Notes: generated by a model not told the origin, from the sequence alone. DNA of 64,000 nucleotides from a virus (IMGVR_UViG_3300044627_003892); one strand, 5' to 3'; shown: positions 1-8,637, counted from the stretch's first letter. Program-made: numbers and translations.

Positions 1-150
1 AAAAAACCCAATTTTCCAAAAAATTTCCCAAAATTTATTTTTTATATATAGGGAACATTTTAAAACAAAGGGTCGCTTTTCTAAAAAATTTTTCCAGGAT
101 TTTTTTGAGGGGATTATCCCCCCTTCTGACCCAAAAAACCCCCTGTGAAA

Positions 151-208
151 GGGGGGATACGGGAGGGGGTACCCCATAGGTAGGGGTATAGGAGGGGGTA
201 GTAGGGGG
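151..208 (+). other. G-run cluster (potential G-quadruplex) in non-coding GC-rich patch
   Basis: GGGGGG-atac-GGG-a-GGGGG-...-GGGG-...-GGGGG-tagta-GGGGG within an otherwise very AT-rich sequence. Confidence 0.4.
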
Positions 209-341
209 TGTTGATAACTTTTAATAAGTATCCCCTCCCCTTTACATTAGGTCACATCCTTTTACCACTGCTACTATGGTAACCATTAGTAGACAGTATA
301 GGATGATAGCTTGATTGGGTGTGATGGTAAATCGTTTCATA

Positions 342-530
342 TTATCTTCTGTGTTTCTTAGGGGTACACTGATGTTGTAGTTGGCTCTTCCCCTTGTTCA
401 CACGTTTAGTTTGTTTATACATCTTCTGTTGTGTGTTAGAATGTTTCTTGTAGTTGTACCCACGTTGTGGGGTAGAACAAGATGTTAGTATAACGACTAA
501 CATGATTAGGGGTAATATATATTTCTTCAT
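342..530 (-). CDS. small putative lipoprotein
   Basis: MKKYILPLIMLVVILTSC: signal peptide with lipobox Cys; ATG at 530 preferred over the longer ORF. Confidence 0.6.
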   Translation of the reverse strand: MKKYILPLIMLVVILTSCSTPQRGYNYKKHSNTQQKMYKQTKRVNKGKSQLQHQCTPKKHRR

Positions 531-575
531 AATGTATAGACTACAAATATAGTTCAAAGGTTTCTTATATACAAA

Positions 576-878
576 TTATTTCTTAGACAAATCAAGTAGT
601 ATGATTGGTAGTCTATCTTTATCTACATATGACAACACATCATCGTAGTCAGATAGTTTAATCCAATCACCTTGGTCACCCCACCATGCCGCTACCTCGA
701 ATGTATCAACTCCATCACCACGTAACATATTCATCCCACCGACAATAGATTGAAGACCACCACCTACAATAGATACTGTGATATTGTTGGGGAGTGTAAG
801 TAATCCTTGTACCGCACCCTTTACCACGTTGTGGGGTTTGAAGTCAAAGTCTTTAATGGTATATATCTTCTGTCTCAT
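576..878 (-). CDS. hypothetical phage protein
   Basis: 100-aa ORF preceded by a minus-strand TAnnTTTG (caaatata on +). Confidence 0.6.
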   Translation of the reverse strand: MRQKIYTIKDFDFKPHNVVKGAVQGLLTLPNNITVSIVGGGLQSIVGGMNMLRGDGVDTFEVAAWWGDQGDWIKLSDYDDVLSYVDKDRLPIILLDLSKK

Positions 879-1205
879 TACTACAAATATAAGATAATAT
901 CTTGGGGAAATATATTTGTTTATTTAAAAAATCCGCCGTAACTTAGCTTGGTGCTTTATATGTTTTTTTTTTATAACAAGAGCGTCAACACAAAGATACG
1001 GCGAAGAAAGTTAATATCCTAATTTTTTATTAATTATTTTTGTTGTAACTTAGCCCCGTAAGTGTACCTTATAACGATAAGGGGATAAAGGGCTGGCACG
1101 GTTAATGCTTGGAGTGTGTACTCCACCCTGCTTTTAAAAAAAAAGAAGATTTTTCTTGTGGGGGAAGAAAATTGTTGTATATTTGTAGAACAATAAACAA
1201 CCACT

Positions 1206-1628
1206 ATGAAAATCACCCAAGACAAACTATCAACCAAATTGTTAATGAGATTCATCAAGAAGCAAAACCTTGTTGTTATGACTGACACATGGAACCACTT
1301 CGGTGAGGTATCGGTTCGTATTGTATCTGTGGGTGAGACAGACAAGTGGAATTGGAACACCAACTCTTATGGTCGTGTGATTAACATAGAGGTAACCCTA
1401 AAGAGAGAAGGTCACCGTTACGCTGAGTCATCAATCCCAAGTGTTAACTCTTGGCGTAGTCATCACAGAGCAAGTTACTTCAAGAGCAGAAAGTGGTCAG
1501 CTAACAATGGGGCACAGAAACTAATCAACAACACAATCATCCCCACGTTCTTCAAAGCAGCTTGTATCTCATTACCAAGACACACTGACGAAATCATCGG
1601 AAACATCACCTACAAATTTATTGACTAA
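1206..1628 (+). CDS. hypothetical phage protein
   Basis: 140-aa ORF downstream of tatatttg (~1178). Confidence 0.65.
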   Translation: MKITQDKLSTKLLMRFIKKQNLVVMTDTWNHFGEVSVRIVSVGETDKWNWNTNSYGRVINIEVTLKREGHRYAESSIPSVNSWRSHHRASYFKSRKWSANNGAQKLINNTIIPTFFKAACISLPRHTDEIIGNITYKFID

Positions 1629-1629
1629 T

Positions 1630-2016
1630 ATGAAACTCAAAGATAGATTAGATACATACACAACCACCGAACTTCGTAAGATGGGGTTACAACTTATAAC
1701 CATAGTTAGAAAGACACTCGGTCATGGAAACAAACCATCCCCGAAACTGAAAATTAGAAATGGGTTAACAAACCTCTATGGTCAATACGATTATGAAGCA
1801 TTAGTTATCAACCCATCCACATGTGAGACTGTTGATAAGTTTGTAAAAACAATCATACACGAATACACCCACCACATACAAAAAGGTATCAAACGTAACT
1901 ACGCATCATCACAATCAAAACATGGTTATTGGAACTGTCCCTTTGAAGTGGAAGCTCGGGGGAATGAAACAAAGTACAAGAGTATTGTATGGAAACAATT
2001 TAAACAAATCCCTTAA
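1630..2016 (+). CDS. zincin-like (HExxH) metallopeptidase-domain protein
   Basis: TIIHEYTHHIQ motif and downstream FEVEAR. Confidence 0.6.
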   Translation: MKLKDRLDTYTTTELRKMGLQLITIVRKTLGHGNKPSPKLKIRNGLTNLYGQYDYEALVINPSTCETVDKFVKTIIHEYTHHIQKGIKRNYASSQSKHGYWNCPFEVEARGNETKYKSIVWKQFKQIP

Positions 2017-2296
2017 CATGGTTGTCCAAAATACGTATTGGATTTTCCTGACCCTTGAATAACTCCATGAACTCAGGGGTAAGTGAATACAATGTTAATA
2101 TCTTCATGTCCCCTTGGTATGTAGATGATGCTTTCCTATACTCCATCTTACCCACCTTTTCCCCATTATAATATAGGGTCACAGCAACAACATCCCGTAA
2201 AGGGTCAGTTATAACCCTTACATTTTTCAGTATGTCAGTTATTGAAATGGGGTTAGACATATCGTCAGGGGGAATTGTTGATAAATTATTATTCAT
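2000..2296 (-). CDS. hypothetical protein
   Basis: 98-aa ORF with protein-like composition, convergent with the previous gene. Confidence 0.45.
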   Translation of the reverse strand: MNNNLSTIPPDDMSNPISITDILKNVRVITDPLRDVVAVTLYYNGEKVGKMEYRKASSTYQGDMKILTLYSLTPEFMELFKGQENPIRILDNHVKGFV

Positions 2297-3076
2297 TTTT
2301 TCTTGATTTTGTCAAAATGTCAGTTGAGTGTCAGATGGGGGATAATCCCCTTGACGGGTTTTAGTCATATTAACAACTATAAATATAGTGTATATTATGT
2401 ATATTGTCCATAGGTAAATGTTCCCACTTTTTACCACTGACGTATGTGTAGTGAGGGTTTTTGGTTATATGAAAAGTGAAAAAAGTGGTCCTCCTGATAG
2501 TGTGAGAAGGGTTTTTTTAACTATATACATTTTCCAGATAAAAATAGGATGTAACAATAAAGTGGCGTGGACAGACTTTAGTTGTTTAAATCCTTCAACG
2601 AAAAGTGTATTTCATTGTGTCTTCAAGGGGGTTTTTAAGATTTCCCCTTACCATATAGACACATGATATCGACAATTATAGTGGTGGTAAAAAGTGGGAC
2701 ATATGTTTCATATCACTATAGTCAGGTTAAACCTGACATAACAGATATGTTTCGTATTGTCCCCTTCACATTCCACCATATATTTTATACCCTAACAGGT
2801 ATACTCATATCATCTTATATACCCTTTAGGGTATTTCATTATCCCGATGGGGTACAATACCATTAACAGTAATATGTTATGTCCCTTCATAGTGTGTGTC
2901 TTTCATTATGGGGAATTATTATAGATTAGTGTTGTACGTTAATTATAGATTCATACAATAGGGGAAATTAGGAAGTAAATAAAGGAATGGACCCATTAGT
3001 GTAATGACCCGAAGGGGAATGGAACGACACGATAGTGGAATGGGGGAATGAGTTTGTTTAATTCATAATTTCTTAT

Positions 3077-3084
3077 TATATTTG
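3077..3084 (+). promoter_or_regulatory. Bacteroidetes-type -7 promoter element (TAnnTTTG)
   Basis: TATATTTG 4 nt before the ATG at 3089; same motif at 10573-10580 before the paralog and before many other genes. Confidence 0.65.
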
Positions 3085-3088
3085 TACT

Positions 3089-3883
3089 ATGGTTATTACA
3101 GATAGATTAAAACAAATTATTTTTAAACACCTATATAGAGAGTTAGGTGATTGTGAGATTATTCCTTATAATGGGTCTATATGGTTCATTAATAGGGATA
3201 ATAAACATTGGTACTTTGAACTTGATGAGTCAGGTACTTTATGGTGGAGATACGATTTTTTTAATTCGTTTTTTCAAATATTCTCCATGAGTTCGGATGA
3301 TTTTTGTCCTGTTCTATCTTCTTGGGTGGAAGAGGTCTTAAATCATAAGGTATCCACAACCCAGGATAGCCTGTGTAACGTATGTAAACTGGTGGAAGAG
3401 GTCTTAAATCATAAGGTATCCACAACCTTCATTCCACTTCCAATTACAACGGACAAGGTGGAAGATGTATTAAATCATAAGGTATCCACAACGTGCGATG
3501 TTAAAGTTCGTGTTCCTTGGAAGGTGGAAGATGTATTAAGTCATAATGTTAAGGTGTCTACAACTACCATTCTCAAATACCCCGAGCATTCATTGGTGGA
3601 AAAGGTCTTAAATCATAAGGTATCCACAACCGATTCACTTGATTACGTTGGAAGAATTGAGGTAGAAGAGGTATTAAATCATAGGGTATCTAGAACCTGC
3701 CAAACAAGCGTTTATTGTGATAGGACGGTGGAAGAGGTCTTAAATCATAAGGTATCCACAACGCAGAATTTGAATTATGTCGGCCAAGGACTGGTGGAAG
3801 ATGTATTAAATCATAAGGTATCTACAACGGAATCGTATTTTGGACCCTTCACAAGAGGGGTGGAAGAGGTATTAAATCAATAA
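3089..3883 (+). CDS. array-bearing protein 1: conserved ~80-aa N-terminal domain + VEEVLNHKVSTT repeats with 10-aa variable inserts
   Basis: Open frame across the whole repeat-spacer array; N-terminal domain shared with 10586, 11208 and 11806. Confidence 0.85.
   Translation: MVITDRLKQIIFKHLYRELGDCEIIPYNGSIWFINRDNKHWYFELDESGTLWWRYDFFNSFFQIFSMSSDDFCPVLSSWVEEVLNHKVSTTQDSLCNVCKLVEEVLNHKVSTTFIPLPITTDKVEDVLNHKVSTTCDVKVRVPWKVEDVLSHNVKVSTTTILKYPEHSLVEKVLNHKVSTTDSLDYVGRIEVEEVLNHRVSRTCQTSVYCDRTVEEVLNHKVSTTQNLNYVGQGLVEDVLNHKVSTTESYFGPFTRGVEEVLNQ
3325..3879 (+). CRISPR. CRISPR-like array inside a CDS (8 full + 1 partial repeats, 8 spacers of 30 nt)
   Basis: Repeats start at 3325, 3391, 3457, 3523 (42 bp, +6 insertion), 3595, 3661, 3727, 3793, 3859 (partial); all spacers exactly 30 nt and mutually unrelated; no cas genes seen. 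Confidence 0.7.
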
Positions 3884-4339
3884 TTAGTTATTCTCTAAAG
3901 TACCTGTATAGAAATCTAATACCATATCAAAAATATCATCTAATACATCTTTTGGTAGTTCTTCATAAGACATATAACTTTCATCTAAAATTTGTGAGTA
4001 TTTATATCCACCATAATGAAACACTGTAACATCTTCTTTATTTATCATTTCTATTTGTGAAAGTTCACCGTCTTCATCCTTGAGGACTATTGGGTTTTCA
4101 TTCATATCCATTAGTACAATATATTCATCATCGGTTGTTTCTACTACTTCCTTAATAATCTTAATCTTATTGTTTGTTGTAAGGAACTCATCACCTAACA
4201 CATTTATAAGGTATTCTATACCACCGAACATTTCTCCTGTCTTTAGTAACCCCGCCTGACTTGCGATAGTTAATAACTTCATCTGTTTTACGGTGTATTC
4301 TTCCCTTAATATTCTTTTTATGTTTTGTTGTAGGTTCAT
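3884..4339 (-). CDS. MNLQE-leader family hypothetical protein
   Basis: MNLQQNIKRILREE N-terminus; TATTTATA motif upstream. Confidence 0.75.
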   Translation of the reverse strand: MNLQQNIKRILREEYTVKQMKLLTIASQAGLLKTGEMFGGIEYLINVLGDEFLTTNNKIKIIKEVVETTDDEYIVLMDMNENPIVLKDEDGELSQIEMINKEDVTVFHYGGYKYSQILDESYMSYEELPKDVLDDIFDMVLDFYTGTLENN

Positions 4340-4371
4340 AATATTATAAATATAATTATATTTATTATCAT

Positions 4372-4701
4372 ATGAAATATCTTATAACAGAATCACAATT
4401 AGATAAAGTAATCTTTAGATATTTGGATATTAAGAACTTTATTCAGATTAAAAGAGGAAACACAATATACTTTGTTAATTCGGAAGATGATAAATATGCC
4501 CAAATCAGATATGATAGAAACGATGGTTGGTGTTATATACGCCATGGATTAATTTACGAAATTTCTTCTTTCTTTTCTTTGGACATATATGATTCTAAGG
4601 AAGTTATCGGTAGATGGGTTGAAAATACTCTACAAATGAGGGTTACTTATACCCGTTTGGTCTTTCACGATGTGAACAATTTGTTTAAAATACCTAACTA
4701 A
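4372..4701 (+). CDS. MKYLITESQL-family protein
   Basis: Paralog of 7873, 6537, 10211 and 49322; ends WVENTL...FKIPN. Confidence 0.8.
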   Translation: MKYLITESQLDKVIFRYLDIKNFIQIKRGNTIYFVNSEDDKYAQIRYDRNDGWCYIRHGLIYEISSFFSLDIYDSKEVIGRWVENTLQMRVTYTRLVFHDVNNLFKIPN

Positions 4702-5410
4702 TAGTAATAATCTTCCACTCCCCATTATAATCTTCCACAAGACATGTAGAGTTCTCACAGAAGTCCCCTGAGTTCATATAGTAATTCTCTATCTTCGGAT
4801 GATGAATATGTCCACATACTGCCACATCATACCCCTTCTGTTTTGTTAGACCTTTTGCGTTATCCTCAAAATCAGATACAAAGTTAATTGCCCCTTTAAC
4901 AGATTGCTTTATTGTGTTTGCTAATGAATGATATGGTAAGTTAAACCACTTTCTTATTTTGTTATATAAAGTATTAAACTTAATCACAATATCATATGAC
5001 CATCCACCGATTACCGCTAACCACCTCGCTTCCATTATAACGAAATCCAATACATCCCCGTGAAAACAAAAATACTTTCTATTATCTATTCCTGTATGTA
5101 TATACTTTCTTACAATCCTGATGTTGTTTAATTTAAATGGAATAAAATCTTTTAGGAAGTCATCGTGGTTTCCTCTTATATAAACCACCTTTGTATTCTT
5201 CTCTGACATCTTCATGAACCTTCTGAATATCTTGGTACAATCCTTTGTCCATTTACCATTACCTTTAAGAGCCCAACCATCTATTATATCACCGTTCAGT
5301 ATTAGTTTTTCCGTTGTGTTATTATCCAAGAAACTTATTATCTTATCTGTCTGTGATTGTCTTGCTCCTAAGTGTAAATCACTCATGATTATCGTTTTCC
5401 AATTATTCAT
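4694..5410 (-). CDS. LpxH/PlcP-like metallophosphoesterase (UDP-2,3-diacylglucosamine hydrolase family)
   Basis: SDLHLG, GDIIDGW, GNHD, HGD, GHIH, NSGDFCE motifs. Confidence 0.85.
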   Translation of the reverse strand: MNNWKTIIMSDLHLGARQSQTDKIISFLDNNTTEKLILNGDIIDGWALKGNGKWTKDCTKIFRRFMKMSEKNTKVVYIRGNHDDFLKDFIPFKLNNIRIVRKYIHTGIDNRKYFCFHGDVLDFVIMEARWLAVIGGWSYDIVIKFNTLYNKIRKWFNLPYHSLANTIKQSVKGAINFVSDFEDNAKGLTKQKGYDVAVCGHIHHPKIENYYMNSGDFCENSTCLVEDYNGEWKIITIS

Positions 5411-6141
5411 TCCCAGTATCCTTTATCATCCTCAAAATGATTTTTATTGTTCCTGTTGAAGAATGAACTAACCATAAGTTTTAACATATACCACACTCCT
5501 TTCTGTTTGAACCTTCTTGGACTTGTGAATACCGTTGTATTCATGATATAAAACTTGCTTGGTTTAACTTGTTTGGAGAATAGATAATCCTCGGCAACTC
5601 TTGCGTTTTCATCAAACCCACCGATTGTATCATATACTTCTTTCTTAACCATCATGAACCCACCAAGACAAAATGGTGTGATTGGTTTGAATACCTTTTG
5701 TATTGTGTCAAACAATCTGAATATACTATTATACTCACCTGTCGTTGACCTTACCTTACATGTAATCAAATCTGTATTATGTAATAAGAACTCCCATATA
5801 CAATTGTTTAATATGTTGAAATCCAATAAGAATATGTCAGCGTCCAAAAATAGAACATAAGGTGTTTCCACATTCTCTGCTCCCTTATTTCTTGCAACAG
5901 ACGGAAGTCCTCCTGAAATAATCTGTAGATTAAAATAATCTGTTCTCCTATTTTCCAAAGAATAGGATGTATAATCATCATCCGATGAATCACAAACAAT
6001 AACTCTAACATCTTGTATTCCCTTTTGAAAGTTTAATAAGGACAACGTTTGTTCTATTATCTTGCCCTCGTTCTTACAAGGGATTACTATGGTTAAAAAC
6101 TTTGATAAATCCATAATAATAACTATTAAAAACAACCTCAA
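5407..6141 (-). CDS. glycosyltransferase family 2
   Basis: IVIPCKNE, ARNKG, FLDAD, AEDY motifs; start may be the internal MDLSK. Confidence 0.85.
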   Translation of the reverse strand: MRLFLIVIIMDLSKFLTIVIPCKNEGKIIEQTLSLLNFQKGIQDVRVIVCDSSDDDYTSYSLENRRTDYFNLQIISGGLPSVARNKGAENVETPYVLFLDADIFLLDFNILNNCIWEFLLHNTDLITCKVRSTTGEYNSIFRLFDTIQKVFKPITPFCLGGFMMVKKEVYDTIGGFDENARVAEDYLFSKQVKPSKFYIMNTTVFTSPRRFKQKGVWYMLKLMVSSFFNRNNKNHFEDDKGYWE

Positions 6142-6222
6142 ACCATATTATCATATTCTTATTAAATTATTAACCCAATATGTATTGTTCAATTTTATGT
6201 GTATCTTTGTATTTATTATAAT

Positions 6223-6540
6223 ATGAAGATTGAGCATAAGGTTAAAGCAATTGTAAAACTAATTAATACATTATACTCTCCTGACGAGATTAAAGTTAGA
6301 AAGAGTGAGTTTGATGATGAGATGTTAATTGATGTTTACGTTTCTCATATTGATGACTCATATATAACCAACCCTTACCATTATAATCTTAATAAACTAA
6401 AGGAATTAAATTTAGAACGTGAGATTAGAAGGGCGATAAAGGATTTTTTGAGTATTAAAACAAGCGGACTTAATCCATACACAGGTTTCGCCCCGTATGC
6501 TGTTCACGGCATAACAATAGATGTAAGATTAATATTATGA
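6223..6540 (+). CDS. hypothetical phage protein
   Basis: ATG MKIEH after a tatctttg motif. Confidence 0.6.
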   Translation: MKIEHKVKAIVKLINTLYSPDEIKVRKSEFDDEMLIDVYVSHIDDSYITNPYHYNLNKLKELNLEREIRRAIKDFLSIKTSGLNPYTGFAPYAVHGITIDVRLIL

Positions 6541-6890
6541 AATACCTTATAACAGAATCAAAATTAGAGAAAGTAATCTTTAAGTATCTTGATATTCAGG
6601 ACTTTGTGATATATGACAACAAGAAGAGATTCAGCAATTATATATATTTCTTAAACAGTGAGTCAGATAGGGAATCACAGATTAGTGTTTATACTAACAA
6701 CGCCTTTGGTGAAGTTAGGAATTGGATATTTGTAAATCGTGATTTGACTGATAAATTATCTACCTTATTCCCCATTGGTAAATCGGATTGTTTGGATATA
6801 ATCAAAGAATGGGTTAATAATACTTTGGGTATTAGTGATAGTACGATTTGGGATGGTCCATATGATTACAGATTAGCGGTTACAGATTAA
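6537..6890 (+). CDS. MKYLITESQL-family protein
   Basis: MKYLITESKLEKVIFKYLD ... WVNNTL. Confidence 0.8.
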   Translation: MKYLITESKLEKVIFKYLDIQDFVIYDNKKRFSNYIYFLNSESDRESQISVYTNNAFGEVRNWIFVNRDLTDKLSTLFPIGKSDCLDIIKEWVNNTLGISDSTIWDGPYDYRLAVTD

Positions 6891-6903
6891 TAGTTAACGA
6901 AGA

Positions 6904-7182
6904 ATGAAATACTTAATTACAGAATCACAGTTAGAATCATTTTTACTTAGAAGGTTTACAATGGATGAATTGGAATCACTTAGGGATGATTATAACTACA
7001 TTATGGATGAAGAAGATTTTGAAGATTCCGCCGACAGAGATGATTACGCTTATGAATTAATTGAAAAGTTCATTGATAGACATAGAGGTGAAGAGTTTTT
7101 TCAATATGATGATGATACTGAATTCTATGATAAACGTTCCAAATATATTGGAGCATTACTCAAATTCTTAAACTCTAATTAA
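6904..7182 (+). CDS. MKYLITESQL-leader acidic protein
   Basis: Leader motif; unrelated acidic body. Confidence 0.7.
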   Translation: MKYLITESQLESFLLRRFTMDELESLRDDYNYIMDEEDFEDSADRDDYAYELIEKFIDRHRGEEFFQYDDDTEFYDKRSKYIGALLKFLNSN

Positions 7183-7185
7183 TCT

Positions 7186-7515
7186 TTAGAAACCTTTTCT
7201 TTCATTATACATCCGTGTAATTCTTTTTCTATAATGATTTTCTAACCCTTGGTGTATATCATCATACCAAAATTCATCTTCAGGTAATGTGCTAACAAAT
7301 CTCCAATGTACCCCATCCATCATAAAGGTTATTGTTGTGTAGACTAACTCATCTAAAAAATGTGAACTTAAAACCTTTCTGTCTTTTGTAAGACGATAAG
7401 CACCTTCAAAAGATTCAAGAAACTCATTTTCCATTTCATCATTAGAAAGTCTTCTTTTAATTCTCGCTGATAGTTCTTCCCTCAGTATTCTTTTTATAGA
7501 TTCTTTTAAGTTCAT
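7186..7515 (-). CDS. MNLQE-leader family protein
   Basis: MNLKESIKRILREE. Confidence 0.75.
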   Translation of the reverse strand: MNLKESIKRILREELSARIKRRLSNDEMENEFLESFEGAYRLTKDRKVLSSHFLDELVYTTITFMMDGVHWRFVSTLPEDEFWYDDIHQGLENHYRKRITRMYNERKGF

Positions 7516-7548
7516 ATTATTATAAATATGATTATATTTATATTCTAT

Positions 7549-7869
7549 ATGAAATATCTTATCACCGAATCACAATTAGATAAAGCCAAATCGGTAATAA
7601 ATAATTTAATGATATCTGAGTTAAATAATATATTAGATTATGATAGAACATCAGATAGTGATTTCATTAATATATATAGCCAGGAAAGAGGCCCTGATTT
7701 TTTTATTTTAATGGAGTTTGACCATAGTGATGGTAGATTATTTATTGATGAATCTTTTTTAGATAAGTTTTCATCCATGTATCCACTTGATAAAGAACAA
7801 TCAGGTAAATTCATTTCTGATTGGTTTAGTAAAGTATTTGATGTTGATGTTATGTTTTTTGAATATTAA
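7549..7869 (+). CDS. MKYLITESQL-leader protein
   Basis: Start reassigned to MKYLITESQL at 7549. Confidence 0.75.
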   Translation: MKYLITESQLDKAKSVINNLMISELNNILDYDRTSDSDFINIYSQERGPDFFILMEFDHSDGRLFIDESFLDKFSSMYPLDKEQSGKFISDWFSKVFDVDVMFFEY

Positions 7870-7872
7870 TAT

Positions 7873-8202
7873 ATGAAATACCTTATCACCGAATCACAAT
7901 TAGACAGAGTAATCTTTAGATATTTGGATATTAAGAACTTTATTCAGATTAAAAAGGGTGCAACTATATTTTTAGTTAATTTAGAAGATGATGAATACGC
8001 TGAGATTAGATATGATAAAATTAGTGGATGGTGTTACATTGTTAATAGTTTAATTAATGAAGTGGCCTCTTTCTTTTCTTTGGGTATCTCCGATTCCATG
8101 GAACTTATCCGTAGATGGGTTGAAAATACCCTCAAAGTAATAGTTGTACAAGTCCGTGGGGCTAAACCCGCACCGAATGTATGGATAAGAGTAAATAACT
8201 AA
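7873..8202 (+). CDS. MKYLITESQL-family protein
   Basis: Close paralog of 4372..4701. Confidence 0.8.
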   Translation: MKYLITESQLDRVIFRYLDIKNFIQIKKGATIFLVNLEDDEYAEIRYDKISGWCYIVNSLINEVASFFSLGISDSMELIRRWVENTLKVIVVQVRGAKPAPNVWIRVNN

Positions 8203-8210
8203 TATAATAT

Positions 8211-8621
8211 ATGAAATACATAATCACTGAGAATCAATATAGCAAAACTCTTAAACCCTTATTAGAGAAATTTGGTATGCGTACTCTGTGTAAAATGACT
8301 GATAAGGAACCTGAAGATATTATTGATGAGATTGGTCTTAAAGGAACAAGAGAAGATATTATCTTTCTAACAAAAACTATACTTGAAAATGATATCTCAA
8401 CCGTCTTGATGTATTGTAGTTATAATATCATACCCACTCGTGACTCTATGAACTTGGTCGTCTACATACCTAAGCCAGCTCCTGCAAATGTGGGAAGGTA
8501 TATCTATGAGGAAGGTACAAGAAGTATGTATAGAGATGTTATTTCTAAGGCTTTATATCAATTGGGTGGTGGTCTAATTAGAGTTCACAATATTGAGGTT
8601 TATAATACAGGAAATTGTTAA
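8211..8621 (+). CDS. MKYIITE-leader protein
   Basis: Leader motif, 136-aa ORF. Confidence 0.7.
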   Translation: MKYIITENQYSKTLKPLLEKFGMRTLCKMTDKEPEDIIDEIGLKGTREDIIFLTKTILENDISTVLMYCSYNIIPTRDSMNLVVYIPKPAPANVGRYIYEEGTRSMYRDVISKALYQLGGGLIRVHNIEVYNTGNC

Positions 8622-8637
8622 CTTATATTTATATATA

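Noticed and set aside
3325-3879. Reading the arrays as an ordinary protein tandem repeat
   Set aside because: Does not explain the invariant wobble G across many amino acids, the exact 30-nt insert length, or the lack of similarity among inserts. It is not fully excluded without population data.
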